From positions 1 to 64,000 of IMG/VR virus record IMGVR_UViG_3300042991_001118: a DNA stretch of 64,000 nucleotides, one strand, 5' to 3'. This stretch comes from a virus. Below, piece after piece: positions 1 through 11,269 of the stretch. The notes under the pieces were generated by a model. It had not been told where the DNA came from, searched no databases, and worked only from the letters and a program-made list of their open reading frames with translations. Position 1 is the stretch's first letter. Each line of letters starts with the position of its first letter. The position numbers and the translations under genes were made by a program.

Positions 1-1784
1 AACTCAGTTTTCATCTTGTTCCATTCAGATTTCAACATCAATATCTCATTTTTATATCTTGCCATGACGATTGCGCGTTCTTTATCTTCAAAAAGCAGCC
101 CAGACGAGAACTCTGCTAAAAGTGATTTCCCATTTGATTTTTGGGCTAAACTCAATGATTCTTGAAGCTGCACAAAATCTGTCATGTCATTATAACACCT
201 GATTACGCAATCTTTCTTAGGAATAAATCCACATGATTGCTTCAATCCCCTAAACAATGCACCGATAATTCGCTCCGTGATAAGCGAATCAAAAGAAGAG
301 ATTACCACTTCACCTCTATCTGGAGAGGCGAAAATCCCACCACAGAGTGAATCAGACAGAACACTTTTTGAAGAAAAACAAACCCCCTCATTAAGCCCAA
401 TACTTTCAGAAAAATCCACGCCATCCACTTCGTGAATCTCTCCTTTTCTTTCGCCAGAAATAACCTCCAAAGAATATATTCTCTGTCCCATTGGAGGATT
501 GGGGTAGTCTCCCTGCCACTTAGCGGCATCGACACTGGACAAAACCTTAACTTCTGACCCTACTAAAATCCTACCGCCTAGCTCGGTCTTTCTATATAAA
601 GCCAAGAGTAAATCAGATTTTAAAACATAACTGGATCCATCCCGAATTTGAGATTCATACAGCTTTTCGATATCCATCGCAAAGGAAAAGCAATTACCCT
701 GAAAATATTCCTTCCCAGAAGAAAAAATCCGTAGAGAATTCTCGGATTCATTCAAATGTTTCAGATTCTTAAGACCTTCGGAAGTATTCTGGTAAAGACC
801 ATTAGAACGATGCATCAGCCTTCCAAGCCCTCTATGCATCATTCCAGAGAATGGGGATGCCTTATGCCACTGCTGCGCCTTCCTTAACGCACTGGATCGC
901 TGTAAAAGCTGCCTGGCACTCGTAATCTTAGAGGCGATACCCATCGTCCGATTCCGACGTGAAAGAATTTTCTTCTGAAAATCTCGAATTCTGCCAAGTG
1001 TTGCGTTCTTATCCTTAAGACGAAATCTAAAACCGCCACTGACCCAAGAGGCTTCCTTCTCCTTTGAATTCCAATTTAAATTACCAGGAATATCATTTTT
1101 CCAGATGCCCTCAAGAAGAGAATTCTCACATGACAACATAAGAGATGCATACGTTTTAGAATCCTCTCTAAGTCCATTCTTCATTGCAAAAAGATATGCC
1201 TCTGATAAAATTTGCAATGCCCGTGATGGGGAAAAAACTCTACCATGCAAATTTATTTCCTGATTCATCCAGGGGAGTGAATTCCGGCATAGCAACCAGA
1301 CATCAGAATGCTTTGGAGATTCAGACAAAATATAATCTGGATACAACTGGATTCCTCTAATCCATGTTTCTAAATCCTTGGTTTGGAAAGCCTCAGAAAG
1401 GATTCCCATTGCTGTCGCAGTGCAACTCCGATTACTTAAACGGAGGACAGAATTAGAAACTTCTAGTAAATCTTTTATTCCGCACTCCAAAAGGATTGGA
1501 GCACACCACATGTGCACAATATCAGATTTTATCCTATTTGGGGTCTCAGATATTTCAGACATGAATTTGTGCAGAGCAAAATACTCTTCTAAATTCTGGT
1601 AGTATTCAAGTCTGGTAGACTCGTCTACCGTATATAACTTACCACCACATGATGGACATTTGGTGGGATAGCGTCCTCGATAGACGGGTACATTCAATCC
1701 ACACTCGCATCGCAATTTTATCTTGGAACAAGCGCAAAACTTATTTGCCATGCCTGGCGTAATTTTTATACGACATGTACCCAT
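1..1784 (-). CDS. Hypothetical protein, >594 aa, truncated by the window edge; N-terminal Zn-ribbon; possibly head/core associated
   Basis: ATG at 1784 after AAGGA; manual translation MGTCRIKITPG...CECG...CPSCGG; the frame is open at both ends checked; absent from the ORF track because it has no stop in the window. Confidence 0.7.
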   Translation of the reverse strand, partial: MGTCRIKITPGMANKFCACSKIKLRCECGLNVPVYRGRYPTKCPSCGGKLYTVDESTRLEYYQNLEEYFALHKFMSEISETPNRIKSDIVHMWCAPILLECGIKDLLEVSNSVLRLSNRSCTATAMGILSEAFQTKDLETWIRGIQLYPDYILSESPKHSDVWLLCRNSLPWMNQEINLHGRVFSPSRALQILSEAYLFAMKNGLREDSKTYASLMLSCENSLLEGIWKNDIPGNLNWNSKEKEASWVSGGFRFRLKDKNATLGRIRDFQKKILSRRNRTMGIASKITSARQLLQRSSALRKAQQWHKASPFSGMMHRGLGRLMHRSNGLYQNTSEGLKNLKHLNESENSLRIFSSGKEYFQGNCFSFAMDIEKLYESQIRDGSSYVLKSDLLLALYRKTELGGRILVGSEVKVLSSVDAAKWQGDYPNPPMGQRIYSLEVISGERKGEIHEVDGVDFSESIGLNEGVCFSSKSVLSDSLCGGIFASPDRGEVVISSFDSLITERIIGALFRGLKQSCGFIPKKDCVIRCYNDMTDFVQLQESLSLAQKSNGKSLLAEFSSGLLFEDKERAIVMARYKNEILMLKSEWNKMKTE

Positions 1785-1796
1785 TTTAAATCCTTA

Positions 1797-2810
1797 TTAA
1801 AATTTTTCTTCTATTACAAAATTGTTAGTCGGTCCAAATAAATAACCACCCTCAACGCGTTCAACAGCAAAAATAAATTTCTCTTCCGATTTTTTCTCAT
1901 TTGGATCAGGTAATGGACTATCTCCTGGAATTTCTGACGATGGTTTTTTTGTTGAAATATCCACTAAATATGGGTCCAGCCATTTTAAAAAATTTCTTGC
2001 TAAAATATTTATGGTTTCTTTAGAATATTTTTTTATATGAGGTGCGAATACCCTGTATATCCCTCCACCATATTGTGTACATCCAAATCTAGTCATAACA
2101 AACGCCCATCGTCCAGTTACTATTTTTAAAACTGAAACAGTAGATAATTTCTCAAACGATTTAAAATCACTACTAGATGGAAAAGAAGATATATTATGCA
2201 ACTTTACTTTCCCTGTAAAAAATGCATTCAGTCTCTCATGCACAATATCGTCCGGATTATATTCCCCTTCCCAAAAAAAAGAATTGATATCTCCAGAAGA
2301 ATAATGATTGTGTATCGCAATCCACCTGGTACCCTCAAAAGAAAGCCGGAAAATATCAGGATTTGATTTGTTGATTTCCCTTAATAATAATTCTGTTGGA
2401 ATATCAAACGAAACGGTGTTTCTATTATTAGATGACGTTATAAAGCCGAATTCTACTAATCCATTTAAATTTGTGAAGACATCTAAATGGTATTCAATTT
2501 TTTTATTATAAAAAAATGGATAAAACGCATTGTATACCGACTCTGGATCTATTAAGGGTCTCGATATGTCTATTCCATTGTGAGCAAACGTTTCCTGTGG
2601 AAGAAAAAATAAAACGTTTGGATATTTGTTTTTTATTAAAGATAACGCGATTCCCTTTAAATCTGTCTTCGAAGATTTAAAAACTCCGAGAGATGGAACA
2701 TGCACGCGTTCAAAAAGAGAACGCAATGTCGCACTACGCGAAAAAGGAATCCTGCGAGGCTTTAAATCATCCTCGCAGACGCTATTCCAAAACGCAGACA
2801 AATCTAACAT
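1797..2810 (-). CDS. Divergent JAB/MPN-like domain protein
   Basis: E...IAIHNHY...FPSSSD motif with a long insert; similar to 26054-27307. Confidence 0.5.
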   Translation of the reverse strand: MLDLSAFWNSVCEDDLKPRRIPFSRSATLRSLFERVHVPSLGVFKSSKTDLKGIALSLIKNKYPNVLFFLPQETFAHNGIDISRPLIDPESVYNAFYPFFYNKKIEYHLDVFTNLNGLVEFGFITSSNNRNTVSFDIPTELLLREINKSNPDIFRLSFEGTRWIAIHNHYSSGDINSFFWEGEYNPDDIVHERLNAFFTGKVKLHNISSFPSSSDFKSFEKLSTVSVLKIVTGRWAFVMTRFGCTQYGGGIYRVFAPHIKKYSKETINILARNFLKWLDPYLVDISTKKPSSEIPGDSPLPDPNEKKSEEKFIFAVERVEGGYLFGPTNNFVIEEKF

Positions 2811-5800
2811 GGCTTACCAACCTTACCTAAATTGACCATGCGTGGATAGAACGACATGGCATTGGGATGTGCTTTCGCACCGAACGCCACCCCATGATAA
2901 AACACGACGATATCCGCATTAGACTCTGCTAAAATATAATTCCCTGGGACATCCACACATGGCATACATCTCTGTTGCGAAGAAACTTCAAAACTAGATT
3001 CATATAGAATGGAGGTATCAACTTCTGATAAATTTTCCCTCAAAGCATTCAGAAAGAATGGCAAATCTGTCAACTTATTACGTGAAGGAAGCGAATGCAT
3101 CCCCTTATTGGACTGCAAATAATCTTCCCATTTCTCTTGATACTTCCTCGCTAAGACATACGCCTTGGCATCGTACTCCTCAATCAACCTCTCAATATCT
3201 ACACCATATTTGTACAGAGCCTCCTCGTATGCGACATCCGCACTAATTTGGACACCACGACCTTCTGGATGTTTTAAATCAAGAGTTTTTGGACCAGAAG
3301 TCCTAACCGTTACCATATGCTTCGCCCTGTCCGATTTCCAAAGCTGAATGGCCGCATAAATATCACGGAAATTTATTGTAGGCTGCCCAGCAATAGGTCG
3401 TTTCCCCCACAAATCCTTAAAAATTTGGAATAGAGATAGAGATGGGCGATCCTTTGGCATAAAATTTTTGAATAACGGCCACAACTTGCGAGTCTCATCC
3501 TGGTGTGCTCGGTACTCATCATCAATCAGTTTTTGATACTCAGCTTTGTATTCCTCAATGAATTCCTGTCTCTTCCTACTAATTTCCTGGACACCATCAG
3601 ATTCACTCAATGATGAAGCAGTAAGCTCACTGGATAAAAGAATATTCCCTAACGAATCTCTCATGGATTCAGACTTATCCGTAAAAATATCAATTTTTTT
3701 TAATAATAATACAATCGCTAACCACATTGGAAGCGCACCGATAAGCCAAGTAACGCCACTAAAAATAGCAATCTGCATTATGATAGCGACTAAAATACAC
3801 CATGCAGGTAAAATCTTATCTATAAATCCACCAATCCAAAGTATTGTAGCCTCTATTGGACGAAGATACCATATGGATTGTATCCGTACAGCATCCTCAA
3901 TATCACTCTGGCTATACCCATACTTCTCGGCAAGGGAAAGAACTATCGATTTAATCTCCTCTGGACTTTTATCTTTAAGGTCTTGAGCTATTTCATTAAC
4001 ACGTTTTTGATGGTTCCCCTGGACGATTTTCTCCCACATTATCCGGAGCGATCCTATAACGTTGTCTACGACACCCTCGTTTAAACATTCTGGACGTATC
4101 GCGGAGCTACTTTCTAAAGTATCTTGATTTTTTAAATTGGGATACCTCTCAAAAATCACATTCTTGACCTCTTCCGTTTCGATTTGGGTCTGGGAATACA
4201 ACGCCAACATCGCGAGAGAATTCGCAGCCCAACGTTCCGTGTGCATTGGATATTTGCGATATTTTGGTAAGGCGAAATCTGAATCCGGTAGCTCGTCAAA
4301 ATCATCATCAGAATTTGTGAACTCAACACACTTAGAAACAATTACTACAAGCCAAAGGAACAAAAAGGATAATCCTGGAGTCAACGCTCCAATGGGAACA
4401 AGAGCATCAGCCGTTTTCAAAACCAAACCCAACGCCAAAAAACAAGCCATAATGAGACAAGCCGAAGCATTATTAAAGGTTTTCCAAAGCCATTTATAAA
4501 CAGAATCCCATGTCTTTGCAAACCAGCCCCAGCCTTCATTTATCGTAGCCTCATGCATGACATTCTCTGGAATATTTAAACTCTCTCGAATTTCATCTAA
4601 CGTATCCCGAAGCTCTTTTGGCTGCATCCGACGTAAACGAGAATACTCATTCAAAATATAACTCTTGTGGTCCTTAACTAGAGACCACAACTCAGATAAA
4701 GCCTCGTCTACTGTCCTTTCAGTGAGATACAAACGAGACATGGTAAATAAACTTTCATTGTTGGAAAATTTCTCTTTTCCACTAGAATCTCTCGATTTTT
4801 TCTGATCCTCCATGTCTTGTTTAACGATATTTAAAATATCCTGTTGCAATTCCTTTGATATCTCAGTATTCTTTTTCAGCAACACACGGGTGCGTATCTG
4901 AATCAAAAGATAAGCAACTATCCCCTTTTCCAATCCACCGAATAACCAAGAAAAAACATATAATTCAACAGCTAATACTAAACAACCCAGAACAAGTATA
5001 GACAACAATATTACAACAACAGATGTTGTACCAAAAAGTGTAGGCTTATCATGATAAACCTTGGCAAAAAGCCCAAGGACGTTATTATAAAAATCTTCCA
5101 TCATGGAAGATTCCGATAAGCTCTCATGTATTTTATTCTCTGATATTCCAAACTTCTGTTGTACGTAGGAAATTGCCTCTTCTTGCTTTTGTGGAGAATC
5201 CTTCAACTCCAAGAATTTATTCCAAATTGCGTCTTTGCTTTTCTCAATTGATGACAAAAAATTATCAAAAAATCTGGATGCAACATCCTCATTTAGATAA
5301 CTCTCGGTTGTATAAGACGCAAACCGTCCAGTTTTATAATCACTTTGCGTAAGCCTAGAAGGCTGCTGTAAATATTTTTTTTGTCCCAAAACCTCATCGA
5401 CGAATCCTTCAATTGAACTCTCGAGCCAGCCTATGAGTTTCCCTTGGATACCGTCATTATATTCATCTTCCGCCTCTGCCTGCGTGATATCTTTCTCTTT
5501 CGCGAGTCTATCTAACTCGTCTTCCTTTTGCTGCAACTTCTCTTCATATTCCTGTTTGATTCGTTCTAGTTCCTTCTTCGCTGCCTCTCCTTTACTCTTT
5601 TTATTCGAGTCATCCGAATTCACTAGAGAACTGATAAAAGTCTTTGCAGAATTCCACTTCTCCTTTACCTTGTCAGAAATATCGGATAGCCAGCCCTCAT
5701 CTAGGGAAATGGATTCATTAGCCACCATTCTTGTCTGCCATTCTAAATTAGCCTCCCAATTCTCAATTACTGTCTCAAGATCGCCAAGAACAGAATTTTC

Positions 5801-8041
5801 GCTAGTACCACTTAATGCTTTAACTAAATCAGCCCAAAACTTCTGTTCTTCATCTCCCTCGACACTCCTAAGAATTCTGGACTTTCTTTCCTTTAATTCT
5901 GCAAATTTCTTTTTATCAGAATCAGAAGACAAAGAAAGTCCTATGATAGGATTTATCCCGATAGTATCTATCAATCCATTCCAAATATTCAATGCTCCGC
6001 CTTTTATCCCATTAAAAAAATCTCTCATTATCCCTTCATCTAAAGAAATGGACTCTCCTAGCGACTCATTTTTCTTCACAGCAGGAGACAACTTCAACAT
6101 CCTCCGGAGAATCCCCATGGCATACCGATGCTTACTCTTAGCCTCCACTTTCTTCTTTTCAATTGCCTTTTCAGCCTGTTTAATCGCCTCCGCCCATAAC
6201 TTCTCAACTTCCTCTACGGACTTTCCACTGCGTTTAGCAAGGGATGCAATCACTGCGGTCGCCTCTGTTAAGGAAGACATGTCATAATTAAAAGACTCAT
6301 CATCTTGATACTTAGACAATAATTCAGACATCTTTTCTTCATATTTACCACGAAGTTCTAATATTTTAGACTCCATCTCATTCTCTAATTTTACCATCCT
6401 ATCTTGATATGTACGAACCTTTTCTTTATCCCCCTTTCTTGTATTATCAACTACTCTATCACTCAATATCTCCTCTTTTTCTTCATAAGAATCCCGTATA
6501 GCTTGCTCTTCTTCCTTATACTTCGCCTTTAACGCCGCTTTTTCTTCTTTATAAACCGCCTCTGTTAGAGAAGACATGTCGTAATCGAAGGACTCATCTT
6601 TCTTATCAAATTTTTCCGCAGCAGCAGATATGTCTTTCTTTAATTTCAACTTCAAGTTTGTTATTAAAGATTCGACACGTCCCTTAATAAGTCCCAATTC
6701 CTGTTTTTTCTTAGCAATACGCTTACCAAGTTCATTTTTCTTTTCGTCATCTTTTGCATCATTTTTAAGCTGTTCTATTTGTTTGATCTCATCGTTGATT
6801 CCTGCTATTTGCTCCTCGAAATCATCCCGTATTTCTGCCCGATCTTCCTCAAATTGGTCATATAAAAACTGCTTTTCATTACTAAATGTTTTCTTTGAAA
6901 GGAATCTATCAACTTTCCTTACGACCTTAGAGACACCATGAATAAAACCCTCATTAAACAAAAAAGGAACCTCAGATTGTTTCAACTCACCAATCTTCCG
7001 AACAAAAGCCAATCTTTCTGGAATAAAGGATAAGACCTCAACATCTCCAGAAACAGGAACCTCATAATTCAACAAAGGCTTTCTCTCAACTAATTTTCTT
7101 GGAACATATCCATTGAAAACCTTCGAGAGTTCAGACGTTAAATACCCAATGCGGGACTCAAATGCTGGTCCGTTCGTTCCATGGTTAATATAGGAACAGG
7201 GGACATCGACCATCAGGGTAGAATTTTCCTCACCTAGCCAACACTTAGACGCTGCACCATTCGTCACGACTTGATGTGTAAAAAGGGAGAATTTGCCCTG
7301 GTCAAAGGACTCTGGGAGATCAAATTGAACGGTATGCATACCATCAATTCTATCCGCAGGGAAAGTAGGTTTAGACTGGGACTCCATCTCCGTTAAGCAA
7401 TACGACGGAATGTAAAAAGCACATTCCAATTCTCGTGCCTCCTGAAAACATTTGGAAACGATAACGTTCGGGAAGACTTTCCTAAACCAAGAAGAAAATT
7501 CTGGTATGGCGTTCTTGTCCTCATGCAGCCTGAATCTGGAAATGCAAAATGGTGTCCTGTCCTTAGAACTCTCTAAAATAGAAAATCCGTACTGCTCACC
7601 TTCGATATTCGTACAACTCCAAATGCTTTGGAGTTGGTTTATGACGTGGCGATTCACCGATTCAGTTAGACGGAATTGCCCATTGATCGGAAAGACATCT
7701 CTATCACTGAGTGCCTCTTCCCGTAATGAATTCTGCCCTAATACGTCTTCGGAAAATCCAGATTCTCGTAGCCTCTTTTTTGTGAGAGCGAAAATCTGCC
7801 CCGATACATAGCATTCAAAATCTAAGTCTTTATGCGGTCTAGTATCCCAAGCGACCTCGGAAATCCTAGAATCATCAGAAAAAATCTTATCAATGATTTT
7901 GTGTGTGTCTTCCGATAATCCGCCATACTCGATTAAAACGGACGGGGTATCTTCAACAATCCCCCTATGTAAAAACGCACATCCATACGCCCTGTCATAA
8001 ATTTTTAACACTGGCGCATTCTTTGTAGGGATAAACTCCAT
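2804..8041 (-). CDS. 1745-aa modular putative internal head protein/polyprotein
   Basis: Repeated SLTEA, SISLDEG, LNED, INEG, LNEG motifs; coiled coils; three hydrophobic hairpins; SLAKRSGKSVEEVEKLW...YAMGILRRML segment of a type seen in phage head proteins. Confidence 0.6.
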   Translation of the reverse strand: MEFIPTKNAPVLKIYDRAYGCAFLHRGIVEDTPSVLIEYGGLSEDTHKIIDKIFSDDSRISEVAWDTRPHKDLDFECYVSGQIFALTKKRLRESGFSEDVLGQNSLREEALSDRDVFPINGQFRLTESVNRHVINQLQSIWSCTNIEGEQYGFSILESSKDRTPFCISRFRLHEDKNAIPEFSSWFRKVFPNVIVSKCFQEARELECAFYIPSYCLTEMESQSKPTFPADRIDGMHTVQFDLPESFDQGKFSLFTHQVVTNGAASKCWLGEENSTLMVDVPCSYINHGTNGPAFESRIGYLTSELSKVFNGYVPRKLVERKPLLNYEVPVSGDVEVLSFIPERLAFVRKIGELKQSEVPFLFNEGFIHGVSKVVRKVDRFLSKKTFSNEKQFLYDQFEEDRAEIRDDFEEQIAGINDEIKQIEQLKNDAKDDEKKNELGKRIAKKKQELGLIKGRVESLITNLKLKLKKDISAAAEKFDKKDESFDYDMSSLTEAVYKEEKAALKAKYKEEEQAIRDSYEEKEEILSDRVVDNTRKGDKEKVRTYQDRMVKLENEMESKILELRGKYEEKMSELLSKYQDDESFNYDMSSLTEATAVIASLAKRSGKSVEEVEKLWAEAIKQAEKAIEKKKVEAKSKHRYAMGILRRMLKLSPAVKKNESLGESISLDEGIMRDFFNGIKGGALNIWNGLIDTIGINPIIGLSLSSDSDKKKFAELKERKSRILRSVEGDEEQKFWADLVKALSGTSENSVLGDLETVIENWEANLEWQTRMVANESISLDEGWLSDISDKVKEKWNSAKTFISSLVNSDDSNKKSKGEAAKKELERIKQEYEEKLQQKEDELDRLAKEKDITQAEAEDEYNDGIQGKLIGWLESSIEGFVDEVLGQKKYLQQPSRLTQSDYKTGRFASYTTESYLNEDVASRFFDNFLSSIEKSKDAIWNKFLELKDSPQKQEEAISYVQQKFGISENKIHESLSESSMMEDFYNNVLGLFAKVYHDKPTLFGTTSVVVILLSILVLGCLVLAVELYVFSWLFGGLEKGIVAYLLIQIRTRVLLKKNTEISKELQQDILNIVKQDMEDQKKSRDSSGKEKFSNNESLFTMSRLYLTERTVDEALSELWSLVKDHKSYILNEYSRLRRMQPKELRDTLDEIRESLNIPENVMHEATINEGWGWFAKTWDSVYKWLWKTFNNASACLIMACFLALGLVLKTADALVPIGALTPGLSFLFLWLVVIVSKCVEFTNSDDDFDELPDSDFALPKYRKYPMHTERWAANSLAMLALYSQTQIETEEVKNVIFERYPNLKNQDTLESSSAIRPECLNEGVVDNVIGSLRIMWEKIVQGNHQKRVNEIAQDLKDKSPEEIKSIVLSLAEKYGYSQSDIEDAVRIQSIWYLRPIEATILWIGGFIDKILPAWCILVAIIMQIAIFSGVTWLIGALPMWLAIVLLLKKIDIFTDKSESMRDSLGNILLSSELTASSLSESDGVQEISRKRQEFIEEYKAEYQKLIDDEYRAHQDETRKLWPLFKNFMPKDRPSLSLFQIFKDLWGKRPIAGQPTINFRDIYAAIQLWKSDRAKHMVTVRTSGPKTLDLKHPEGRGVQISADVAYEEALYKYGVDIERLIEEYDAKAYVLARKYQEKWEDYLQSNKGMHSLPSRNKLTDLPFFLNALRENLSEVDTSILYESSFEVSSQQRCMPCVDVPGNYILAESNADIVVFYHGVAFGAKAHPNAMSFYPRMVNLGKVGKPC

Positions 8042-8519
8042 ATTTACTCATCCTTAAATACAACACCGCCAACCTCAATATCCTTCTTGAGACATTCCAA
8101 TGTGCATTGTTTCTCTGTTGGCCGAGACAAAACCCTTGCCCCGCCTAAATTCGGACGACTTTTAGAATCACAAATTTTCTTGGTCTCTCTCGGACTTTGT
8201 ATTTTCATACTTCACAATCCCCTTATATTTTATCTGGAAAATCAATTTTCCTTCCAGAATCCATGTCATACCATCCTGGAATAACCTGATCAGAAAAACA
8301 GAACAATGTCCTTTTCTTTTGTATCCCATGTCCAACAGCATGTTCAGAATTGATTAAATGTCCAACGCCATTCCCCTTATGATAATGCTTTATACTGTAT
8401 GGTATTTCTTTGATCGAGAAGAGCAATGGCTATATCCGTGTTCATAATTATGAAAATGCCACAGCACAGACCCAACAGATACCCGTGGATGACCATGTTT
8501 ATTTTCATAATCAAACCCC

Positions 8520-9746
8520 TCAGACATTCTTATCATTTTTTTTTGACTTTAATACAACTTGATCAAGAACTAATTGCCCGGTATCCCCGGCATGGAGAAG
8601 TTTTAAATTGATAAGAGGAATGAGACAATTCTTATCTTTATATGCCCCAATTTTGGGATTTATCAACATGAATTTTCTATTGTCTCCACCAGGAAATCTC
8701 AACTCAGCAAACGTAATGAAAGAAAATCTCTCACCCGCCAGCAAAGCAGAATTGTAAGAATTATAAAAAAGACCTAGAACTATAACAAAGACAGGCTCCG
8801 CAATAAAATATATTCTACCAGGATGTAATGTCAAACTCGCAATTTTTTCACGCTGCGGCATTTCTAAATTAACCTGGCTCGCAACTAAAGGCTTAATGGA
8901 CAATTTTTTAATTACCCAGGAAAAAATCTTTTTCTCCATCCAGCGGAATCCCTTCCACGATAACTCAGGGAGTAGCCCACCAATAATCATAATCGCGATA
9001 GTCAAAATGACTAAATTTGTAGCCGCACCATACTTCAATGTATCTATCATAGAACCCTGAAAAGAATTATAGGCTGCCGTAAAAGCAACCCTAAATGCTT
9101 CTATAATCGCAAGAGGATCAACTGCCTCGTTCATCCCCATTTCTTCCATGAAAATATTTAAAGCCTTCTTATAGTCCTCATTAGACGGACGTGGCAATGT
9201 GGATTGAACAAAATCTACAATCTGAGGCAATTCTCGATTCGCATCCTCCACACTCATGGGATTCCGTTTTGCTTCCCAAATCCGCCTTCTAAACTCTTCC
9301 CAAAAATCTTCACCTAACTCTGATTCATCAAGATCGTATATCGATTCATCAAGAAAATAATCTTCCTTGCTGGGTGATTCAATAATTTCCGAGGAGACCT
9401 TCCTATCCTCTAACCATTTTTGCGCAGAAGAGATATCCCATTTCTCTTTTTCAAAAAGAAAGGAATGTGTTTTCCAAATCCGACCTAACTGTATGCTCTG
9501 TTCTCGCACTCCATCTGCACATCTTTGTACTCGAACACGCCCATGCAAATTCTCAAAATTCTCAGATAATTTTGCGATAAATTCTCGTCCAGAACCAGTC
9601 ATGGGATGGGTACAAAAATAGACATTAGAAACAACTTGCAAAATGTCAGATGGCTGTAATCCCTGGATATTTTGTGCCGCATTGCGATATGATATCGCGT
9701 CAACTTGCCTTCTGTTTTCCTGACGTGAAAATGGTAAATTTTTCAT
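8520..9746 (-). CDS. Putative virion protein with L-D-E motifs and TM segments
   Basis: 408-aa ORF; FLDESIYDLDESELGE and MNEA motifs; hydrophobic segment. Confidence 0.55.
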   Translation of the reverse strand: MKNLPFSRQENRRQVDAISYRNAAQNIQGLQPSDILQVVSNVYFCTHPMTGSGREFIAKLSENFENLHGRVRVQRCADGVREQSIQLGRIWKTHSFLFEKEKWDISSAQKWLEDRKVSSEIIESPSKEDYFLDESIYDLDESELGEDFWEEFRRRIWEAKRNPMSVEDANRELPQIVDFVQSTLPRPSNEDYKKALNIFMEEMGMNEAVDPLAIIEAFRVAFTAAYNSFQGSMIDTLKYGAATNLVILTIAIMIIGGLLPELSWKGFRWMEKKIFSWVIKKLSIKPLVASQVNLEMPQREKIASLTLHPGRIYFIAEPVFVIVLGLFYNSYNSALLAGERFSFITFAELRFPGGDNRKFMLINPKIGAYKDKNCLIPLINLKLLHAGDTGQLVLDQVVLKSKKNDKNV

Positions 9747-9750
9747 ATTT

Positions 9751-10776
9751 TTACTTCTTTAAATCATATTTAAATCTGCACCACTGCAATGGATACGCAG
9801 GTAAAAAATTCTGATGTGCAACAATGACATCCCCAAATTTAGCAGAAAATCCAGTATTCGATCCACCAGACATCGTAACATCATCCAGGAACTCCCACAT
9901 TTCCGCCGCAATCTTCCGAATCAGCCCTAATCTTTCTAAATATTGAATCGGCACTGCAAAGAAATGCGGTTCGCAAATCTCTGGAGCAATAAATTGTGTC
10001 GGATACTCGAATGAAATGGGTTTTATCCCAGAAGAATAATCTCTTGCATAAAATTTTCGCAAAGAACCATGTGATGTAAAAACTCCAGAAACCTCTGTGG
10101 TCAAACGAAAAAATAAACATAAAGAGCTTTCTCCCTGAAAATCAATTTCTGACACCAAACTCCCAACATTATTGAATCCGACATACCCTTGTTTACCTGA
10201 TATCTTAACAGCGAATTCGTTGATATCATGATACAAAAAATCATCCTGGCTAGACTCTATTTTTGTCAAAACACAATTTTGTGAAGAAACTATGCTCATT
10301 TCATTACGTGGATTCCAACCATCTGTCTTTCTCCACGAAGAATATAGCAATCCTCCAATCCAATCCTGTATCTGATTCTTCCCACGACAACCAATTCCCA
10401 AATGGAATTCAAAACTGTCGAGGGAATTATCCCAATACTGAAAAGGATTCCCAAAGCTGGCTCGAGCCAAGACATCTTTACTGTGAAAAAATCCTGGAGA
10501 TGAATACATACCACGCTGATATGTATCACTACCTTGGATGTCTTCGGTATATTGAAATAATGCCAAACCAGAAGCAACACGATAAAAAATATCAGGAGAC
10601 GGCTCACCTACCATGCTTTTATCTCCGCCATTCGCAGTCTTTAAAGCAGCAAATCCAAACTCGTGTGGGAAACGGCCATCTTCTAATACTGTAAAATCGA
10701 AATTTACTTCTGACATTTTTTTCTTCCTTATAATTCCTAACCCTTTTAGTATCTTATTTTTTTGCATCTTTGTCAA
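9751..10776 (-). CDS. Hypothetical protein (possibly structural)
   Basis: 341-aa ORF in the same operon. Confidence 0.6.
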   Translation of the reverse strand: MTKMQKNKILKGLGIIRKKKMSEVNFDFTVLEDGRFPHEFGFAALKTANGGDKSMVGEPSPDIFYRVASGLALFQYTEDIQGSDTYQRGMYSSPGFFHSKDVLARASFGNPFQYWDNSLDSFEFHLGIGCRGKNQIQDWIGGLLYSSWRKTDGWNPRNEMSIVSSQNCVLTKIESSQDDFLYHDINEFAVKISGKQGYVGFNNVGSLVSEIDFQGESSLCLFFRLTTEVSGVFTSHGSLRKFYARDYSSGIKPISFEYPTQFIAPEICEPHFFAVPIQYLERLGLIRKIAAEMWEFLDDVTMSGGSNTGFSAKFGDVIVAHQNFLPAYPLQWCRFKYDLKK

Positions 10777-10911
10777 CTACAAATTTTTAGCCATATCTTG
10801 AATGGATATTTTAGTTGCATTTTTATAGCAGAAAGGGTAAACTACACGAATAGAGATAGCGTATGCCACGATATGAATGCAAGCATTATGCAAGAAAAAC
10901 AGAAAGGCAAA

Positions 10912-11132
10912 ATATGAAAAAATTCTTAACAGTATCTACCTGTGCCGAAATCTTCGAGGCTCCAATCAGCACAATTACAAGGTGGTGCAAAAAAGGGAAT
11001 ATCGCGATGGAATATAGTGATGGGAAGAACTGCTCTTATGTGCCGATTCTTGACCTGATCAATTGGCTCCACTCCACAGATAGACTCCCACGCCCTAAAA
11101 AACAAAAATCTGACAATATCCAAACAGATTAG
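10912..11132 (+). CDS. Excisionase/MerR-like helix-turn-helix DNA-binding protein
   Basis: FLTVSTCAEIF...STITRWCKKG HTH_17-like pattern; probable start MKKFLT after GAAAGG. Confidence 0.65.
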
Positions 11133-11232
11133 CCTAAAATGTAGTATAATTTACCTAGAGACATTTACAAGCAGTTTGCAATAAAAAATCCTCTAAAAAC
11201 CTTATAAATATTTAATTTTTTTACACTTTTTG

Positions 11233-11261
11233 TTGCAAACCGCTTGCAAATGTGGTATAAT
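11233..11261 (+). promoter_or_regulatory. Strong sigma70-type promoter for the early island
   Basis: TTGCAA-17 bp-TATAAT with an extended TGn and an AT-rich upstream element. Confidence 0.8.
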
Positions 11262-11269
11262 ATAGATAG

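Noticed and set aside
5433-6941. Ser/Phe-rich plus-strand ORFs
   Set aside because: Antisense shadows of the Lys/Glu-rich 1745-aa gene
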